Below are positions 30,641 to 41,192 of a stretch of DNA of 64,000 nt, piece by piece. The position numbers and the translations under genes were made by a program. How positions within the stretch are numbered: position 1 is the stretch's first letter; each line of letters opens with the position of its first letter. The DNA is from an uncultured Acidobacteriota bacterium (GTDB lineage: Bacteria > Acidobacteriota > Thermoanaerobaculia > UBA5066 > Gp7-AA6), in assembly GCA_963763535.1 (NCBI GenBank), contig CAVXOX010000007.1, positions 60,556 through 124,555 of the forward strand, read 5' to 3'. The notes under the pieces are model-generated. The model was not told where the DNA came from, searched no databases, and saw only the letters and a program-made list of their open reading frames with translations.

Positions 30641-31883
30641 AGAGGCAGCAGGCCGATCCGACCCAGGTCTTGTCCTTGTTGTAGTCGACGCCCATCATCT
30701 TGCCCTGCGAGAGGCGCGCGAGCGTGATGACCGGGAAGGGCTTGCCGCCGCGCCACACGAACATGACGCGCACCTCGACCTTGGAGAAATGCCCGTCGGT
30801 CGTCTGGATCGCCGGGGCGTAGTCCACCTTCCGCATCAGGAGCGTCTGCGCGCGCTGCTCGCGCGGCACGGCCGCGAGGTCCTTGCCCGTGACGTCGATC
30901 TTCACGCCGGAGCCGGCGAAGGAGAACAGGGGCTTCAGCACCCACTCCGACAGGTCTTTCGGAGAGGTGTCGAGATCCGACAGCAGGATTGCCTCGGGCA
31001 CGCAAGGGTGTTTCAGGTCGGGCAGCGCGTGCTTGCTCCATCGGAAGTACCAGTTCGGGTGGCCGGCCCACGTCACGTCGAGGGGCTCGCGGAGCCCGAG
31101 CGGAAGTTCTCCGTCACCGGCACCCGGGAGCTCGTCGAAGATGAGCCGGTTGTAGATGCGCCGGATGCGCGTGCGTGCGCCGTCCCGCATGTACCAGAGC
31201 TCGCGGCCCTGCCGCTCGATCTCGCTCGGATCGACCGCGCGCACGCCCCAGAACTGCTCGGTGAACGCGAAGTCGATGGCGGTCTTCTGCCGGGCCGGAG
31301 CGAGATCGAGGAGGACGACGTTCTCCGGCGGATTCCCGGCGAGGATCGCGTCGCCGACCACCTTCCGGTAGGACGCATCGCCGAGGCCCGACAAAAACCA
31401 GCGCAACCCGGACGGATTCGGGCACAGCTGGGACATCTCCTCGCACTGGGCGACCTGAAACGCGTAGAGGGTCGGGAAGGCCTGCAGCTCGATCAGCTTG
31501 GGGACGAGGCGGTCGCCCTCGCCGCGTGCGATCGCGAAGTCCACGACGGCGAAGGTCGGCCACTCCGTGCAGTCGGGAACGTCGAGGGCCGGCGGCACGG
31601 CGGCGAGCGAGCGCTCGAGCGCCGCGGGGGTCGAGAGCTGTCGGAAGATGTCGAGCGAGGCGGAGACCATCTCGTCGCGCAGGCCCCTGGGGAGGAAGAC
31701 GGGCGTCTCGGCGAGCCGGAACGGAATCTCCATCCCGCCGCGCTCCGCGAGCCGGCGCCCGTACTCCTCGTACTTCTCGGGCGTGAACGACTCGTTGTAA
31801 GCGCGGCGCAGCTCGGGAATCATGCCTGGCGGGATGCTATCCCGGTGGGAAGGGGCAGAGGGCCAGCCGCTCCGTTCTGTCAT
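30630..31883 (-). CDS. hypothetical protein, probable circularly-permuted ATP-grasp / glutathionylspermidine-synthase-like amidoligase
   Basis: 417 aa. The call rests on family memory of segments such as FAVVDFAIARGEGDRLVPKLIELQAFPTLYAF and VLKPLFSFAGSGVKIDV. It needs an HMM check. Confidence 0.4.
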   Translation of the reverse strand: MTERSGWPSAPSHRDSIPPGMIPELRRAYNESFTPEKYEEYGRRLAERGGMEIPFRLAETPVFLPRGLRDEMVSASLDIFRQLSTPAALERSLAAVPPALDVPDCTEWPTFAVVDFAIARGEGDRLVPKLIELQAFPTLYAFQVAQCEEMSQLCPNPSGLRWFLSGLGDASYRKVVGDAILAGNPPENVVLLDLAPARQKTAIDFAFTEQFWGVRAVDPSEIERQGRELWYMRDGARTRIRRIYNRLIFDELPGAGDGELPLGLREPLDVTWAGHPNWYFRWSKHALPDLKHPCVPEAILLSDLDTSPKDLSEWVLKPLFSFAGSGVKIDVTGKDLAAVPREQRAQTLLMRKVDYAPAIQTTDGHFSKVEVRVMFVWRGGKPFPVITLARLSQGKMMGVDYNKDKTWVGSACCLWPA

Positions 31884-32108
31884 CCGAGGAGCGCTGCGAG
31901 CACGGGATCTTTCGAGACTTCCTGAGACTTAAAGGGATCCCTGGCTCCGCTCGGGATGCAGGCCATGCTTGTCGTCGAGGAGCCTTCGGCTTCGCTCGGG
32001 CAGGCTCCGCGACGAGGGATCCCTTGCGAGCTCAGGGCCTGCCGAGGAGGAGCTGGACTGGCCTCGCTCGCTCAGGATGACCTTTGCGGCGGCTGCGCTG
32101 CCGGAAAG

Positions 32109-33134
32109 TCAGATCAGGAACCTGCCCGCCTCCATGATCGGATCGCCGTCGAACCAGACGTTGAAGTCGCGGCCGACGATGTCGATGTGCGTCGTGCTCT
32201 TCCATTTCGCGCCCGTGTGCTCGGCGTAGGGGTGCCCGAACGCGACGTGGAGCGTCGGCAGCTTCTCGTCCTGGAGGATGTTGCCGATGACGTCGTGGAC
32301 CGCGATGTTCGTCCCCATCGCGAACTCGCCGACGCGGTTCGAGTTCTCGTCGGTCGCGGTGTAGGCGAGGAAGTCGCGGACGAGATCCTCCCGCTTGCAC
32401 TGCACGTCGGCGATCCGGCTGTTCTCGATCGTCACCGACAGCGGGTTGTCGCGCAGGTCGCCGTAGCGCGCGCAGAGATAGTCGCCGACGACGCCGTCCG
32501 CGACGTAGACGCCGTCGACGCGGGCCGGCGCGGTCAGCACCTCGCCGCCCGGCAGGTTGCCCCACTTGGACTTCGAGATGATCCCCGAGGTCTTCAGCCA
32601 CTTGATCGAGGGGTCGAAGGTCGCCTCGAGGTGCGAGCCGCCCGGCGACGTCGCCACGATCTTCTTCGCCGAGAGCGCCCGCTCGAGGAGACGGCAGGAG
32701 ATCGCGTCCACGTCGTCGAAGTTTGCCCGCATCGCCTCGACCATGATGCGATGCGAGATCGAGACCATGTGCGCGTGGCGGATCTGGCGGCGATCGATGA
32801 TCGCGGTCAGCGCCCGGCGGAACGCGAGCTCGCCCTGCTTCGGCTGGCCCGCGTAGATCGAGACGTCGGCCATTTCGAGCGCGAGGGCGATCGGGTCCGG
32901 GAGGGTCAGCATGGGGCGCGGCCCGTAGTCCTCCATGACGTGGACCTCGATCGAGGCGCCGACCTCGCGCACCTGGTCGGCGAGGCTCGCCCCGATCTCC
33001 TCGGTCTCGACGTCCGTGACGATCGCCACCCGCTCGTGCGGCTGGATCCGGAGGCACGTCCGGATCGCATTCCGTGCTCCGGGAATCAGGTCCTCGGCAT
33101 ACGTCGTCTGGAGTTCCCGCAGTTCGTGGGTCAG
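32109..33134 (-). CDS. M29-like (aminopeptidase T/S family) metallopeptidase; start probably non-ATG
   Basis: WGNLPGGEVLTAPARVDGVYVADGVVGDY and LHVAFGHPYAEHTGAKWKSTTHIDIV resemble M29 motifs. The frame stays open and plausible upstream of the track start (GTG 33029), reading THELRELQTTYAEDLIPGARNAIRTCLRIQPHERVAIVTD. A CTG at 33134 lies 6 nt after AAGGAG. Confidence 0.6.
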   Translation of the reverse strand: MTHELRELQTTYAEDLIPGARNAIRTCLRIQPHERVAIVTDVETEEIGASLADQVREVGASIEVHVMEDYGPRPMLTLPDPIALALEMADVSIYAGQPKQGELAFRRALTAIIDRRQIRHAHMVSISHRIMVEAMRANFDDVDAISCRLLERALSAKKIVATSPGGSHLEATFDPSIKWLKTSGIISKSKWGNLPGGEVLTAPARVDGVYVADGVVGDYLCARYGDLRDNPLSVTIENSRIADVQCKREDLVRDFLAYTATDENSNRVGEFAMGTNIAVHDVIGNILQDEKLPTLHVAFGHPYAEHTGAKWKSTTHIDIVGRDFNVWFDGDPIMEAGRFLI

Positions 33135-33246
33135 ATTGAGCTCCTTTGAGCGGCGCTCGACGCGCCGACGACAGCGTGGGAACGTTCCTTAAACCTCATG
33201 CGGCTTCGTTCATGGCAGTCCGACGGAAGAAATCAGAGCCCGAGCT

Positions 33247-34387
<1,141 letters not shown>

Positions 34388-34398
34388 GCGGGACGGCG

Positions 34399-35424
34399 TC
34401 AGGCGTCGCTCCGCGGGCGCGCGGGCGTCGCGCGGGGCGCGGCGGGCTTGCGCGGCCGGCCGGCCGGCCGTTTCGTCGTCGAGCCGTTGCCGTCGCCGGC
34501 GAGGAACGTCCCCCAGTGATAGTTCGTGATCGGCTCGGGTTCCTGCGCCACGCGCTCGAGGAGCCAGCGCGTCGCGTGGTCGAGCACCCACTCGAAGTTC
34601 TCCGGGCCGACCGACTCGACAGCCGCGTCGGGCGCCGGGTTCAGGAAGTCGATCGCGTACGGGACCCCGTCGCGGACGGCGAACTCGAGCGTGCCGAAAT
34701 CGTAGCCGAGGGCGGTCATCAGCTTCAGCGAGTCCGCGTGCACGCGCTCGTACAGGGCCGGGTCGACCGGCGGACCCTCCTTGACGTAACGGGCGTGGTG
34801 CGCCTGCCGGGGGTCGTAGCGCATGACGTGCACGTGCTTCCGGCCGATCGCGTAGCAGCGGAAGTACTCCGTGAAGTCGATCTCCTCCTGGAGCGTCATG
34901 ACGGTCTGGCCGGACTCGCGGTAAGCCGCGAAGAACTCGTCCGGGTTCGCGACGCGATAGACGCTCTTCCAGCCGCCGCCCGAGTAGGGCTTGAAGAACG
35001 CGGGGAAGCCGATGTGCTGGAAGATCTCGTCCCAGTCGAGCGGGAAGACGAGATTCGTCATCGACTCCGTCGTCGTGTCGGGCGGATGCTGGTTCGAGGG
35101 AAGGATCACCGTCTTCGGCACCGCGACCCCGAGCTTGCGGGCGAGCACGTTGTTGAAGAACTTGTCGTCGGCCGTCCACCAGAACGGGTTGTTGACGACG
35201 ATCGTCCCGTCGAGGACGGCCTTCTTCAGGATCGCCCGGTAGAAGGGGATGTCCTGGCTGATGCGGTCGAGCAGGAGGTCGTAGCGCTTCGGGGTGTCGA
35301 GTCCGACGCCCCCGATGCGGGCGGGCTCGGCCTCGATGGCGCCATTGCCGGCCTTGTTGAGGCGGTCGACGAGCGCGAAGGGGAAGGAGCGTTCCTGACC
35401 GAAGAGAATGCCGATGCGTTTCAT
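34399..35424 (-). CDS. ATP-grasp family ligase (RimK/glutathione-synthase-like) with basic Pro/Arg-rich tail
   Basis: MKRIGILFGQERSFPFALVDRLN...FPAFFKPYSGGGWKSVYRV...LEFAVRDGVPYAIDFLNP shows a typical ATP-grasp layout. Confidence 0.65.
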   Translation of the reverse strand: MKRIGILFGQERSFPFALVDRLNKAGNGAIEAEPARIGGVGLDTPKRYDLLLDRISQDIPFYRAILKKAVLDGTIVVNNPFWWTADDKFFNNVLARKLGVAVPKTVILPSNQHPPDTTTESMTNLVFPLDWDEIFQHIGFPAFFKPYSGGGWKSVYRVANPDEFFAAYRESGQTVMTLQEEIDFTEYFRCYAIGRKHVHVMRYDPRQAHHARYVKEGPPVDPALYERVHADSLKLMTALGYDFGTLEFAVRDGVPYAIDFLNPAPDAAVESVGPENFEWVLDHATRWLLERVAQEPEPITNYHWGTFLAGDGNGSTTKRPAGRPRKPAAPRATPARPRSDA

Positions 35425-35533
35425 GAGAGGTCCCCTGTTTTGTAGACGTGCGGCCGCGGCCGGGAAACCGCAGATTATCGCACGGGGTCCCTTCAGCCCG
35501 GGCCCGGCGAAGTCGCGCGCTTCGAGCGATTTA

Positions 35534-35559
35534 GCGCGGCGGTCGCGCGACCGCCGCGC
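35534..35559 (-). terminator. perfect 26-nt GC palindrome, likely the ancestral terminator of the M13 peptidase gene
   Basis: The palindrome gcgcggcggtcgc/gcgaccgccgcgc lies about 30 nt downstream (minus strand) of the relic TAA at 35590-35592. No clear U-run follows. Confidence 0.35.
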
Positions 35560-35590
35560 GGGCGCACACCCGAGGGCGTGAATCGCCCGT

Positions 35591-35688
35591 TACCAGATCT
35601 GGCAGAGCTCCTGGCGCACCATCGGGTCGCCCGCCTTGCAGCCGAAGGCCTTCGCGAACTCCGGCAGCGTCGACGGCGGTCCGCTCGC
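35591..35688 (-). repeat. 98-bp relic copy of the M13 peptidase 3' end (direct repeat, copy 1)
   Basis: It is identical to 36447-36544 except for one position (35673 c versus g). It encodes ...GPPSTLPEFAKAFGCKAGDPMVRQELCQIW followed by TAA. Confidence 0.85.
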
Positions 35689-35690
35689 GC

Positions 35691-36413
35691 GGTGGGGGGG
35701 GGGGGGGGGGGGGGTGTGGGAGAGGGGGGGGGTGGTAGGTGAGGGGTAGAGAGGGGTGGGGTGAGTGATGAGTTGAAGAAGGGGGAGTGAGGGGGAGAGG
35801 GGGTGTGGTAGGTAGTGGGAGAAGTGAGGGTAAAGGGAGTGGGAGGGTTGAGATGTGGTTGTATGTGGTTGGGGGGTATGAGGTTGGGTGAGTGAGGTTG
35901 AAGAGAGGAGTTGGGGTTTGTGGTGAGGAGTAGAGTAGGGAAAGTTTGTGAGTGGGAGAGTATGTGTGGGTTTAGAGGTTGGTGGTGTTGGGGTGGTAGT
36001 GTGGTGGGAAGGGTGAGGTGGTGGTAGTGTGGGTTGGGTGTGTGGGGTTGGGAGGGAGGGAAGTGGGTGGAAGGGGAGTGAAGTGGGGGATTGGGTGGAG
36101 ATGAGGAGTGTGGGGGGTGGGGATGGGGAGTGATGGGGGGGTGGGATGGGGTGTGGGGGTGGGTGGGGTTGGTGTGGGGGGGTGGTGGTTGTGGGGGGTG
36201 GGGGGTTGGTGGGGGGGTGTGGGGTGGGGTGGGGGGGGTGGGTGGTTGTGGGGTGGGTGGGTTGGTGTGGGGGGGGGGTGTGTGGGGGGGTTGGTGGGTG
36301 GGGGTGTTGGGGTGGGGGGTGTGTGGGGGTGGTGTGAGTGGGGTGTGTTGGTTGTGGTGATGTTGTGGTGTGTGTTGGTGTTTTTTTTTATGGTTTTTGT
36401 TGGTTAGGTGTAT
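35691..36413. other. 723-nt cytosine-free G/T/A tract (G-free on the minus strand), starting with a 21-nt poly-G
   Basis: A visual scan of every line finds no c between 35691 and 36413. Hand counts: 35761-35820 is G 58%, T 18%, A 23%; 36181-36240 is G 77%, T 23%, A 0%. The tract ends in a T-rich stretch (gtgttttttttta). Confidence 0.9.
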
Positions 36414-36445
36414 CTCACTTACGTGGGGGTTTGGTTGTGAGAACC

Positions 36446-38488
36446 CTACCAGATCTGGCAGAGCTCCTGGCGCACCATCGGGTCGCCCGCCTTGCAGCCG
36501 AAGGCCTTCGCGAACTCCGGCAGCGTCGAGGGCGGTCCGCTCGCCCGGAACTGCGGCAGCGGGTGCGGGTTCGTGTTCAGCATCAGCTTCGCGAATTCGG
36601 GGCGGATGTTCGCCGCCCACACGTGCGCCCAGGCCAGGTAGAGGCGCTGGTCGTCCGTCAGGCCGTCGATCTTCGGCGCCGGCGGCTTGCCCTCGCGGGA
36701 CATCCGGTACGCGCGGTGCGCGATCGCGAGGCCGCCGAGGTCGGCCGTCGCCTCGCCGAGCACGAGCTTGCCGTTGGTGTGCTGCCCCTCGTAGACGTAC
36801 GAGGCGTACTGGTCCTCGACGCACTTCGAGCGCACCTGGTAGTTCTTCAGGTCCTCGGGCGTCCACCAGTCGCGCTGGTTTCCCTTCGCGTCGAACTTGC
36901 GGCCCTGGTCGTCGAAACCGTGCGTCATCTCGTGGCCGATGACGGCGCCGATCGCCCCGTAGTTGACGGCATCGTCGGCCTTGGCGTCGAAGAACGGCGG
37001 CTGGAGGATGCCCGCGGGAAAGACGATCTCGTTCTTCTGCGCGCTGTAGTACGCGTTGACGGTCGGGGGCGACATGTCCCACTCGGTGCGATCGACGGGC
37101 TTGCCGATCTTCGCGAGATCGCGGCGGTACTCGAAGTCGTTCGCGCGCTGCACGTCCATCACGTACGCGCCGCGGTCGATCGAGAGCTTCGAGTAGTCGC
37201 GCCACTTGTCGGGATAGCCGATCTTCTGGTCGAACGCGTCGAGCTTCTCGAGCGCCTCCTTGCGGGTCGCATCGCCCATCCACGAGAGGGTCGTCAGGTC
37301 CGCGCGCAGGGCCGCGACGAGGTTCTTGACCATCGCGTCCGCGCGCGCCTTCGCCTCCGGGGGAAAGTAGTCGCGCACCCAGGCCTTGCCGAGCGCGAAG
37401 CCGAGGGCGTCGTCGGTCGCCGAGACGCAGCGCTTCCAGCGGACCTCGTTCTCGGGAGTGCCCTGGAGCGTCTTGCCGTAGAAGTTGAAGTTCTCCTCGA
37501 CGAACGCCTTCGAGAGGCTCGGCGCCGCCGAGTGGACGAGATGCCAGCGCAGGTAGGCCTTCCAGGCGGGCAGCGGCGTCGCGGAGAGCTCCCGGTTGAC
37601 CGCCTCGAAATAGGCGGGCTGCCCGACGTTGACGGCGACCACCGTCGGCGCATCGAGGTCCTTCAGAAATCCGCTCCAAGAGAAGTTCGGCGTCAGCTTC
37701 GCGGCCTCGTCGAGCGTCTTGCGGTGGTACGTGTTGTCCGGGTTGCGCCGCTCGACGCGCGTCATCGAGGCCTCGGCGAGCTTCGTCTCGAGAGCCATGA
37801 TCGCCTTCGCGTCGTCGGCGGCCTTCGCGGGCGGCTCGCCGAGGAGCGTCAGCATCTTCGTCACGTGGGCGACGTACTCGTCGCGGAGCTTCTTCGACTC
37901 GTCGTCGGTCTTCGTGTAGTAGTCGCGGTCGGGCAGCCCGAGCCCGCCCTGGTAGGCGCCGGCGATCACCTCGCTCGCGTTCTTGCGGTCCTGGTCCGAG
38001 CCGAAATTGAAGACCGCGTTGACCCCGACGAGCTGCAGACGCGCGATCTCGGCGTCGAGGCCGGCCGCCGTCCCGATCTTGTCGATGGCGGAAAGCTCTC
38101 CCTGGAGCGGCTTCGCGCCCTGCGCCTCGATCGCCGCCTCGTCCATGCAGGCGGCGTAGAAGTCGCCCACCTTCTGATCGTCCGTGCCCCTGGCGTTTTC
38201 GGCCTTCGAGACTTTCTCGAGGACCTTGTGGAGGCTCTCGCGGTTCTGCTCCTCGAGCACGGAGAAGGAGCCCCATTCCGACTGATCCGACGGAATCGCG
38301 TTGGCCTTCATCCAGCCGCCGTTGGCGTACTGGTCGAAGTCCTGGCAGGCCGCGACCGACGGGTTCATGTCGGCCGGATTGATCCCGTGGACTTCGGACG
38401 TCGGTTTCGGCGCCGGGCCGGGAGTCTGCTGGCCGATCGCCAGAGCGGCGGCGGCCAGAACGAACAGAGCCATCGATAGCTTCTTCAC
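36446..38488 (-). CDS. M13-family zinc metallopeptidase (PepO/neprilysin/endothelin-converting-enzyme-like)
   Basis: 680 aa with the signal peptide MKKLSMALFVLAAAALAIG. It has the zinc motif VIGHEMTHGFD (HExxH), GEATADLGG (ExxxD) and the C-terminal ...CQIW. Confidence 0.9.
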   Translation of the reverse strand: MKKLSMALFVLAAAALAIGQQTPGPAPKPTSEVHGINPADMNPSVAACQDFDQYANGGWMKANAIPSDQSEWGSFSVLEEQNRESLHKVLEKVSKAENARGTDDQKVGDFYAACMDEAAIEAQGAKPLQGELSAIDKIGTAAGLDAEIARLQLVGVNAVFNFGSDQDRKNASEVIAGAYQGGLGLPDRDYYTKTDDESKKLRDEYVAHVTKMLTLLGEPPAKAADDAKAIMALETKLAEASMTRVERRNPDNTYHRKTLDEAAKLTPNFSWSGFLKDLDAPTVVAVNVGQPAYFEAVNRELSATPLPAWKAYLRWHLVHSAAPSLSKAFVEENFNFYGKTLQGTPENEVRWKRCVSATDDALGFALGKAWVRDYFPPEAKARADAMVKNLVAALRADLTTLSWMGDATRKEALEKLDAFDQKIGYPDKWRDYSKLSIDRGAYVMDVQRANDFEYRRDLAKIGKPVDRTEWDMSPPTVNAYYSAQKNEIVFPAGILQPPFFDAKADDAVNYGAIGAVIGHEMTHGFDDQGRKFDAKGNQRDWWTPEDLKNYQVRSKCVEDQYASYVYEGQHTNGKLVLGEATADLGGLAIAHRAYRMSREGKPPAPKIDGLTDDQRLYLAWAHVWAANIRPEFAKLMLNTNPHPLPQFRASGPPSTLPEFAKAFGCKAGDPMVRQELCQIW
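36447..36544 (-). repeat. 98-bp direct repeat, copy 2 (functional 3' end of the M13 peptidase gene)
   Basis: See copy 1. Here the stop codon is TAG (36446-36448). Confidence 0.85.
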
Positions 38489-38530
38489 GAATCCTCCTCG
38501 CTTGGAGGCCGGATCTTACGTCAGGCGGTG

Positions 38531-38560
38531 CAAAGGAAAGGGCGGCCACGAGGGCCGCCC
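38531..38560 (-). terminator. intrinsic terminator after lon
   Basis: The minus strand reads gggcggcc-ctcgt-ggccgccc followed by TTTCCTTTG, about 25 nt after the lon stop. Confidence 0.55.
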
Positions 38561-38585
38561 CTGCGGTCTGGATTGGGCCCGTCTA

Positions 38586-41042
38586 TTACTGCGGCCTGCG
38601 GTCCTCTTCCGCCTGCACTAGGTCCGCGAAGAGGAGCCGCCCGTTCTCGAGCGCGGTGTTGCGGAGCGTCACGGCGAGCGCCTCGGCCAGAGTCGAGACG
38701 GGGTCGACCTCGATCATGCCGCGCACCTCCTCCGGAAGGTCCTCGAGATCGGCCTCGTTGTCCTTCGGAATCACGACCCGCCGGATGCCGGCCCGCACGG
38801 CGCCGAGGATCTTCTCCTTCAGCCCGCCGATCGGAAGCACGCGGCCCGAGATCGTGATCTCGCCCGTCATCGCCACGTCGTTGCGGACGGGGCGATGCGA
38901 GAGCGCCGAGACGACCGCGGAGGCCATCGCGATGCCGGCCGAAGGACCGTCCTTGGGGATCGCGCCCGCCGGCACGTGGATGTGGATGTCGCGCTCGAAG
39001 TCCTTCTCGTCGATGCCGAGCCACGCCGCGTGCGACCGCGCGAACGTCCAGGCGGCGCGCGCCGACTCCTTCATCACGTCGCCGAGCTGCCCCGTGAGGA
39101 TCAGCTCGCCCTTGCCGCGCATCAGCGACGCCTCGACGAACATGATGTCGCCGCCCGCCGGCGTGTAGTACATGCCGGTCGCGATGCCGACCTGGTCCTC
39201 CCGCGCCATGCGCTCCGGATGGACCCGCGGGCGGCCGAGCAGCGGCCGCACGTCTTCCGGCCGGACGACCTGCTTCTCGATCTCGCGCGCCGCGACGCGG
39301 CGGGCGATCTTGCGGGCGAGCTTGCCGAGCTCGCGCTCGAGCTGCCGGACGCCCGACTCGCGCGTGTAGCTCGCGACGACCTCGCGGATCGCGTCGTCCT
39401 CGATCGTCAGCTGCTCCTTCGCGAGGCCGTTCTCCTCGATCTGCCGCGGGACGAGGTAGCTCCTCGCGATCTGGAGCTTCTCCTCCTCCGTATAGCCGGC
39501 GAAGTTGACGGTCTCCATGCGATCGAGCAGCGGCGCCGGAATGTTCTGGATGAAGTTGGCGGTCGCGATGAACAGCACCTCCGAGAGGTCGAACGGCACG
39601 CCCAGGTAATGGTCCGTGAACGAGTCGTTCTGCGCCGGATCGAGCACCTCGAGGAGGGCCGACGCAGGGTCGCCCTGATAGGAGACGCCGAGCTTGTCGA
39701 CCTCGTCGAGGAGGAAGACCGGGTTCTTCGAGCCCGCCTGCTTCATGCCCTGCAGGATGCGTCCCGGCATCGCGCCGATGTAGGTCCGCCGGTGGCCGCG
39801 GATGTCCGCCTCGTCGCGGGCGCCACCGAGCGAGATGCGCACGTACTTGCGCCCCATCGCGCGGGCGATCGACTTCGCGATCGAGGTCTTGCCGACGCCC
39901 GGAGGCCCCGCGAAGAGGAGGATCCGCCCCTTGCCGGAGCGCGCCGCCTCCACCTTCGCCTCCTTCGACGGCTCGAGCGGCGCGGGTTTCTCCTCCGAGC
40001 GGTCCCGCTCCTGCGAGAGCTGGCGCACGGCCAGGAACTCGAGGATCCGGTCCTTGACGTCCTTCAGGCCGAAGTGGTCCTCGTCGAGCACGCGGGCCGC
40101 CTCGCCCACGTCGAGCTTCTCGTCGGTGCGCTCGTTCCAGGGCAGCTCGGCGACGGTCTCGAGGTAGGTGCGGATGACCTGCGACTCCATGGACTCGCGG
40201 CCGATGCGCGTCAGCCGCTGCCACTCGCGGTCGACTTCCTTGCGCGCCTCCTCGGGCAGGTCGAGCGCGTCGAGCTTCGCGCGCAGCTCCTTCAATCCCT
40301 CGTCGCCGCCGCCCTCGCCCTCGCCGAGCTCCTTCTGGATCGCCTTCAGCTGCTCGCGCAGATACATCTCGCGCTGGCGTCCCCCGATCTCCTCCTTGAC
40401 CTTCGACTGGATGTCCTCCTGCGCGGAGAGGACCTCGACCTGGCGCTGCACGTGCACGAGCACGCGGCGCAGGCGGTCCTCGACCGACAGGGTCTCGAGC
40501 AGGATCTGCTTCTCGGCGACCGGGATGTCGAGGTAGCCGGCGACGAGATCGGCGAGGCGGCCGGGCTCGTTGACCTCGGCCAGGATCTGGTCGACGGTCT
40601 CCTCCGGCAGGCCGAGCTTCTTGCCGAGCTCGGCCGCGCGCTCGCGCGCCTCGCGGTGGAGTCCCGCAAACGCCGCCTCGCGGGGATCGAGCGGCATCAT
40701 CTCCGCCGCGTCCTGGACGTTGGCCTCGAGGTATCCGCCGTGCGGCCCGAAGCGCAGCGCGATGCCGCGCGCCTTGCCCTCGAGCACGAGGCGGATGCCG
40801 CCGATGCCGCGCTGGATCGATCCGAGCGTCGCGATGGTGCCGATGGTGTAGAGGTCGGCCGGGACGACGTTCTCTCCGTCGTGCCGCTGGGCGACCGCGA
40901 AGACGAGACGCTCGGGAGTGTTCATCGCCGCCTCGATGGCGCGGAGGGTCGCCGCGCGGCCCGCCGAGATCGGGAACGTCACGCCCGGAAACAGAACGGC
41001 GTTCCGCATGGGAACGACCGGGAGAGCCTGAGACTGCGTCAT
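38586..41042 (-). CDS. lon: ATP-dependent Lon protease
   Basis: 818 aa with a LON N-domain ([15 protein letters not shown]). The AAA+ Walker A is GPPGVGKTS. The protease domain carries PKDGPSAG with the catalytic Ser. Confidence 0.95.
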   Translation of the reverse strand: MTQSQALPVVPMRNAVLFPGVTFPISAGRAATLRAIEAAMNTPERLVFAVAQRHDGENVVPADLYTIGTIATLGSIQRGIGGIRLVLEGKARGIALRFGPHGGYLEANVQDAAEMMPLDPREAAFAGLHREARERAAELGKKLGLPEETVDQILAEVNEPGRLADLVAGYLDIPVAEKQILLETLSVEDRLRRVLVHVQRQVEVLSAQEDIQSKVKEEIGGRQREMYLREQLKAIQKELGEGEGGGDEGLKELRAKLDALDLPEEARKEVDREWQRLTRIGRESMESQVIRTYLETVAELPWNERTDEKLDVGEAARVLDEDHFGLKDVKDRILEFLAVRQLSQERDRSEEKPAPLEPSKEAKVEAARSGKGRILLFAGPPGVGKTSIAKSIARAMGRKYVRISLGGARDEADIRGHRRTYIGAMPGRILQGMKQAGSKNPVFLLDEVDKLGVSYQGDPASALLEVLDPAQNDSFTDHYLGVPFDLSEVLFIATANFIQNIPAPLLDRMETVNFAGYTEEEKLQIARSYLVPRQIEENGLAKEQLTIEDDAIREVVASYTRESGVRQLERELGKLARKIARRVAAREIEKQVVRPEDVRPLLGRPRVHPERMAREDQVGIATGMYYTPAGGDIMFVEASLMRGKGELILTGQLGDVMKESARAAWTFARSHAAWLGIDEKDFERDIHIHVPAGAIPKDGPSAGIAMASAVVSALSHRPVRNDVAMTGEITISGRVLPIGGLKEKILGAVRAGIRRVVIPKDNEADLEDLPEEVRGMIEVDPVSTLAEALAVTLRNTALENGRLLFADLVQAEEDRRPQ

Positions 41043-41192
41043 TCAGAGTTCCTTTCCGGTCCTAAATACGCGCCAAACGAACCCGCCGATTCCCCTTTGC
41101 AAAACCGCGGCCCACAGGACCGCACCCATCGGAACGAAGGCCCCCGCCTGCGGATTCCCCGCCCCGAGCGCCGTCCCGGGAATACGCGCGTG

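Noticed and set aside
31925-32025. Two copies of the palindromic agggatccct motif about 80 nt apart, between the M29-like gene and the 417-aa gene
   Set aside because: It is a short motif seen only twice. I could not derive a convincing secondary structure or element boundaries by eye.
35493-38549. 1018-aa minus-strand ORF running through the C-free tract, with a Pro/Thr/His-rich low-complexity translation
   Set aside because: It is out of frame with the well-supported M13 peptidase over 36446-38488. Its openness across 35691-36413 follows trivially from the minus strand lacking G there, which makes TAG and TGA impossible. No start context or domain supports it.
41043-41192. Heat-shock (sigma-32 or CIRCE) promoter upstream of lon
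   Set aside because: A TTGCAA hexamer is present, but there is no properly spaced -10 or CCCCAT element and no CIRCE inverted repeat. The evidence does not support a call.
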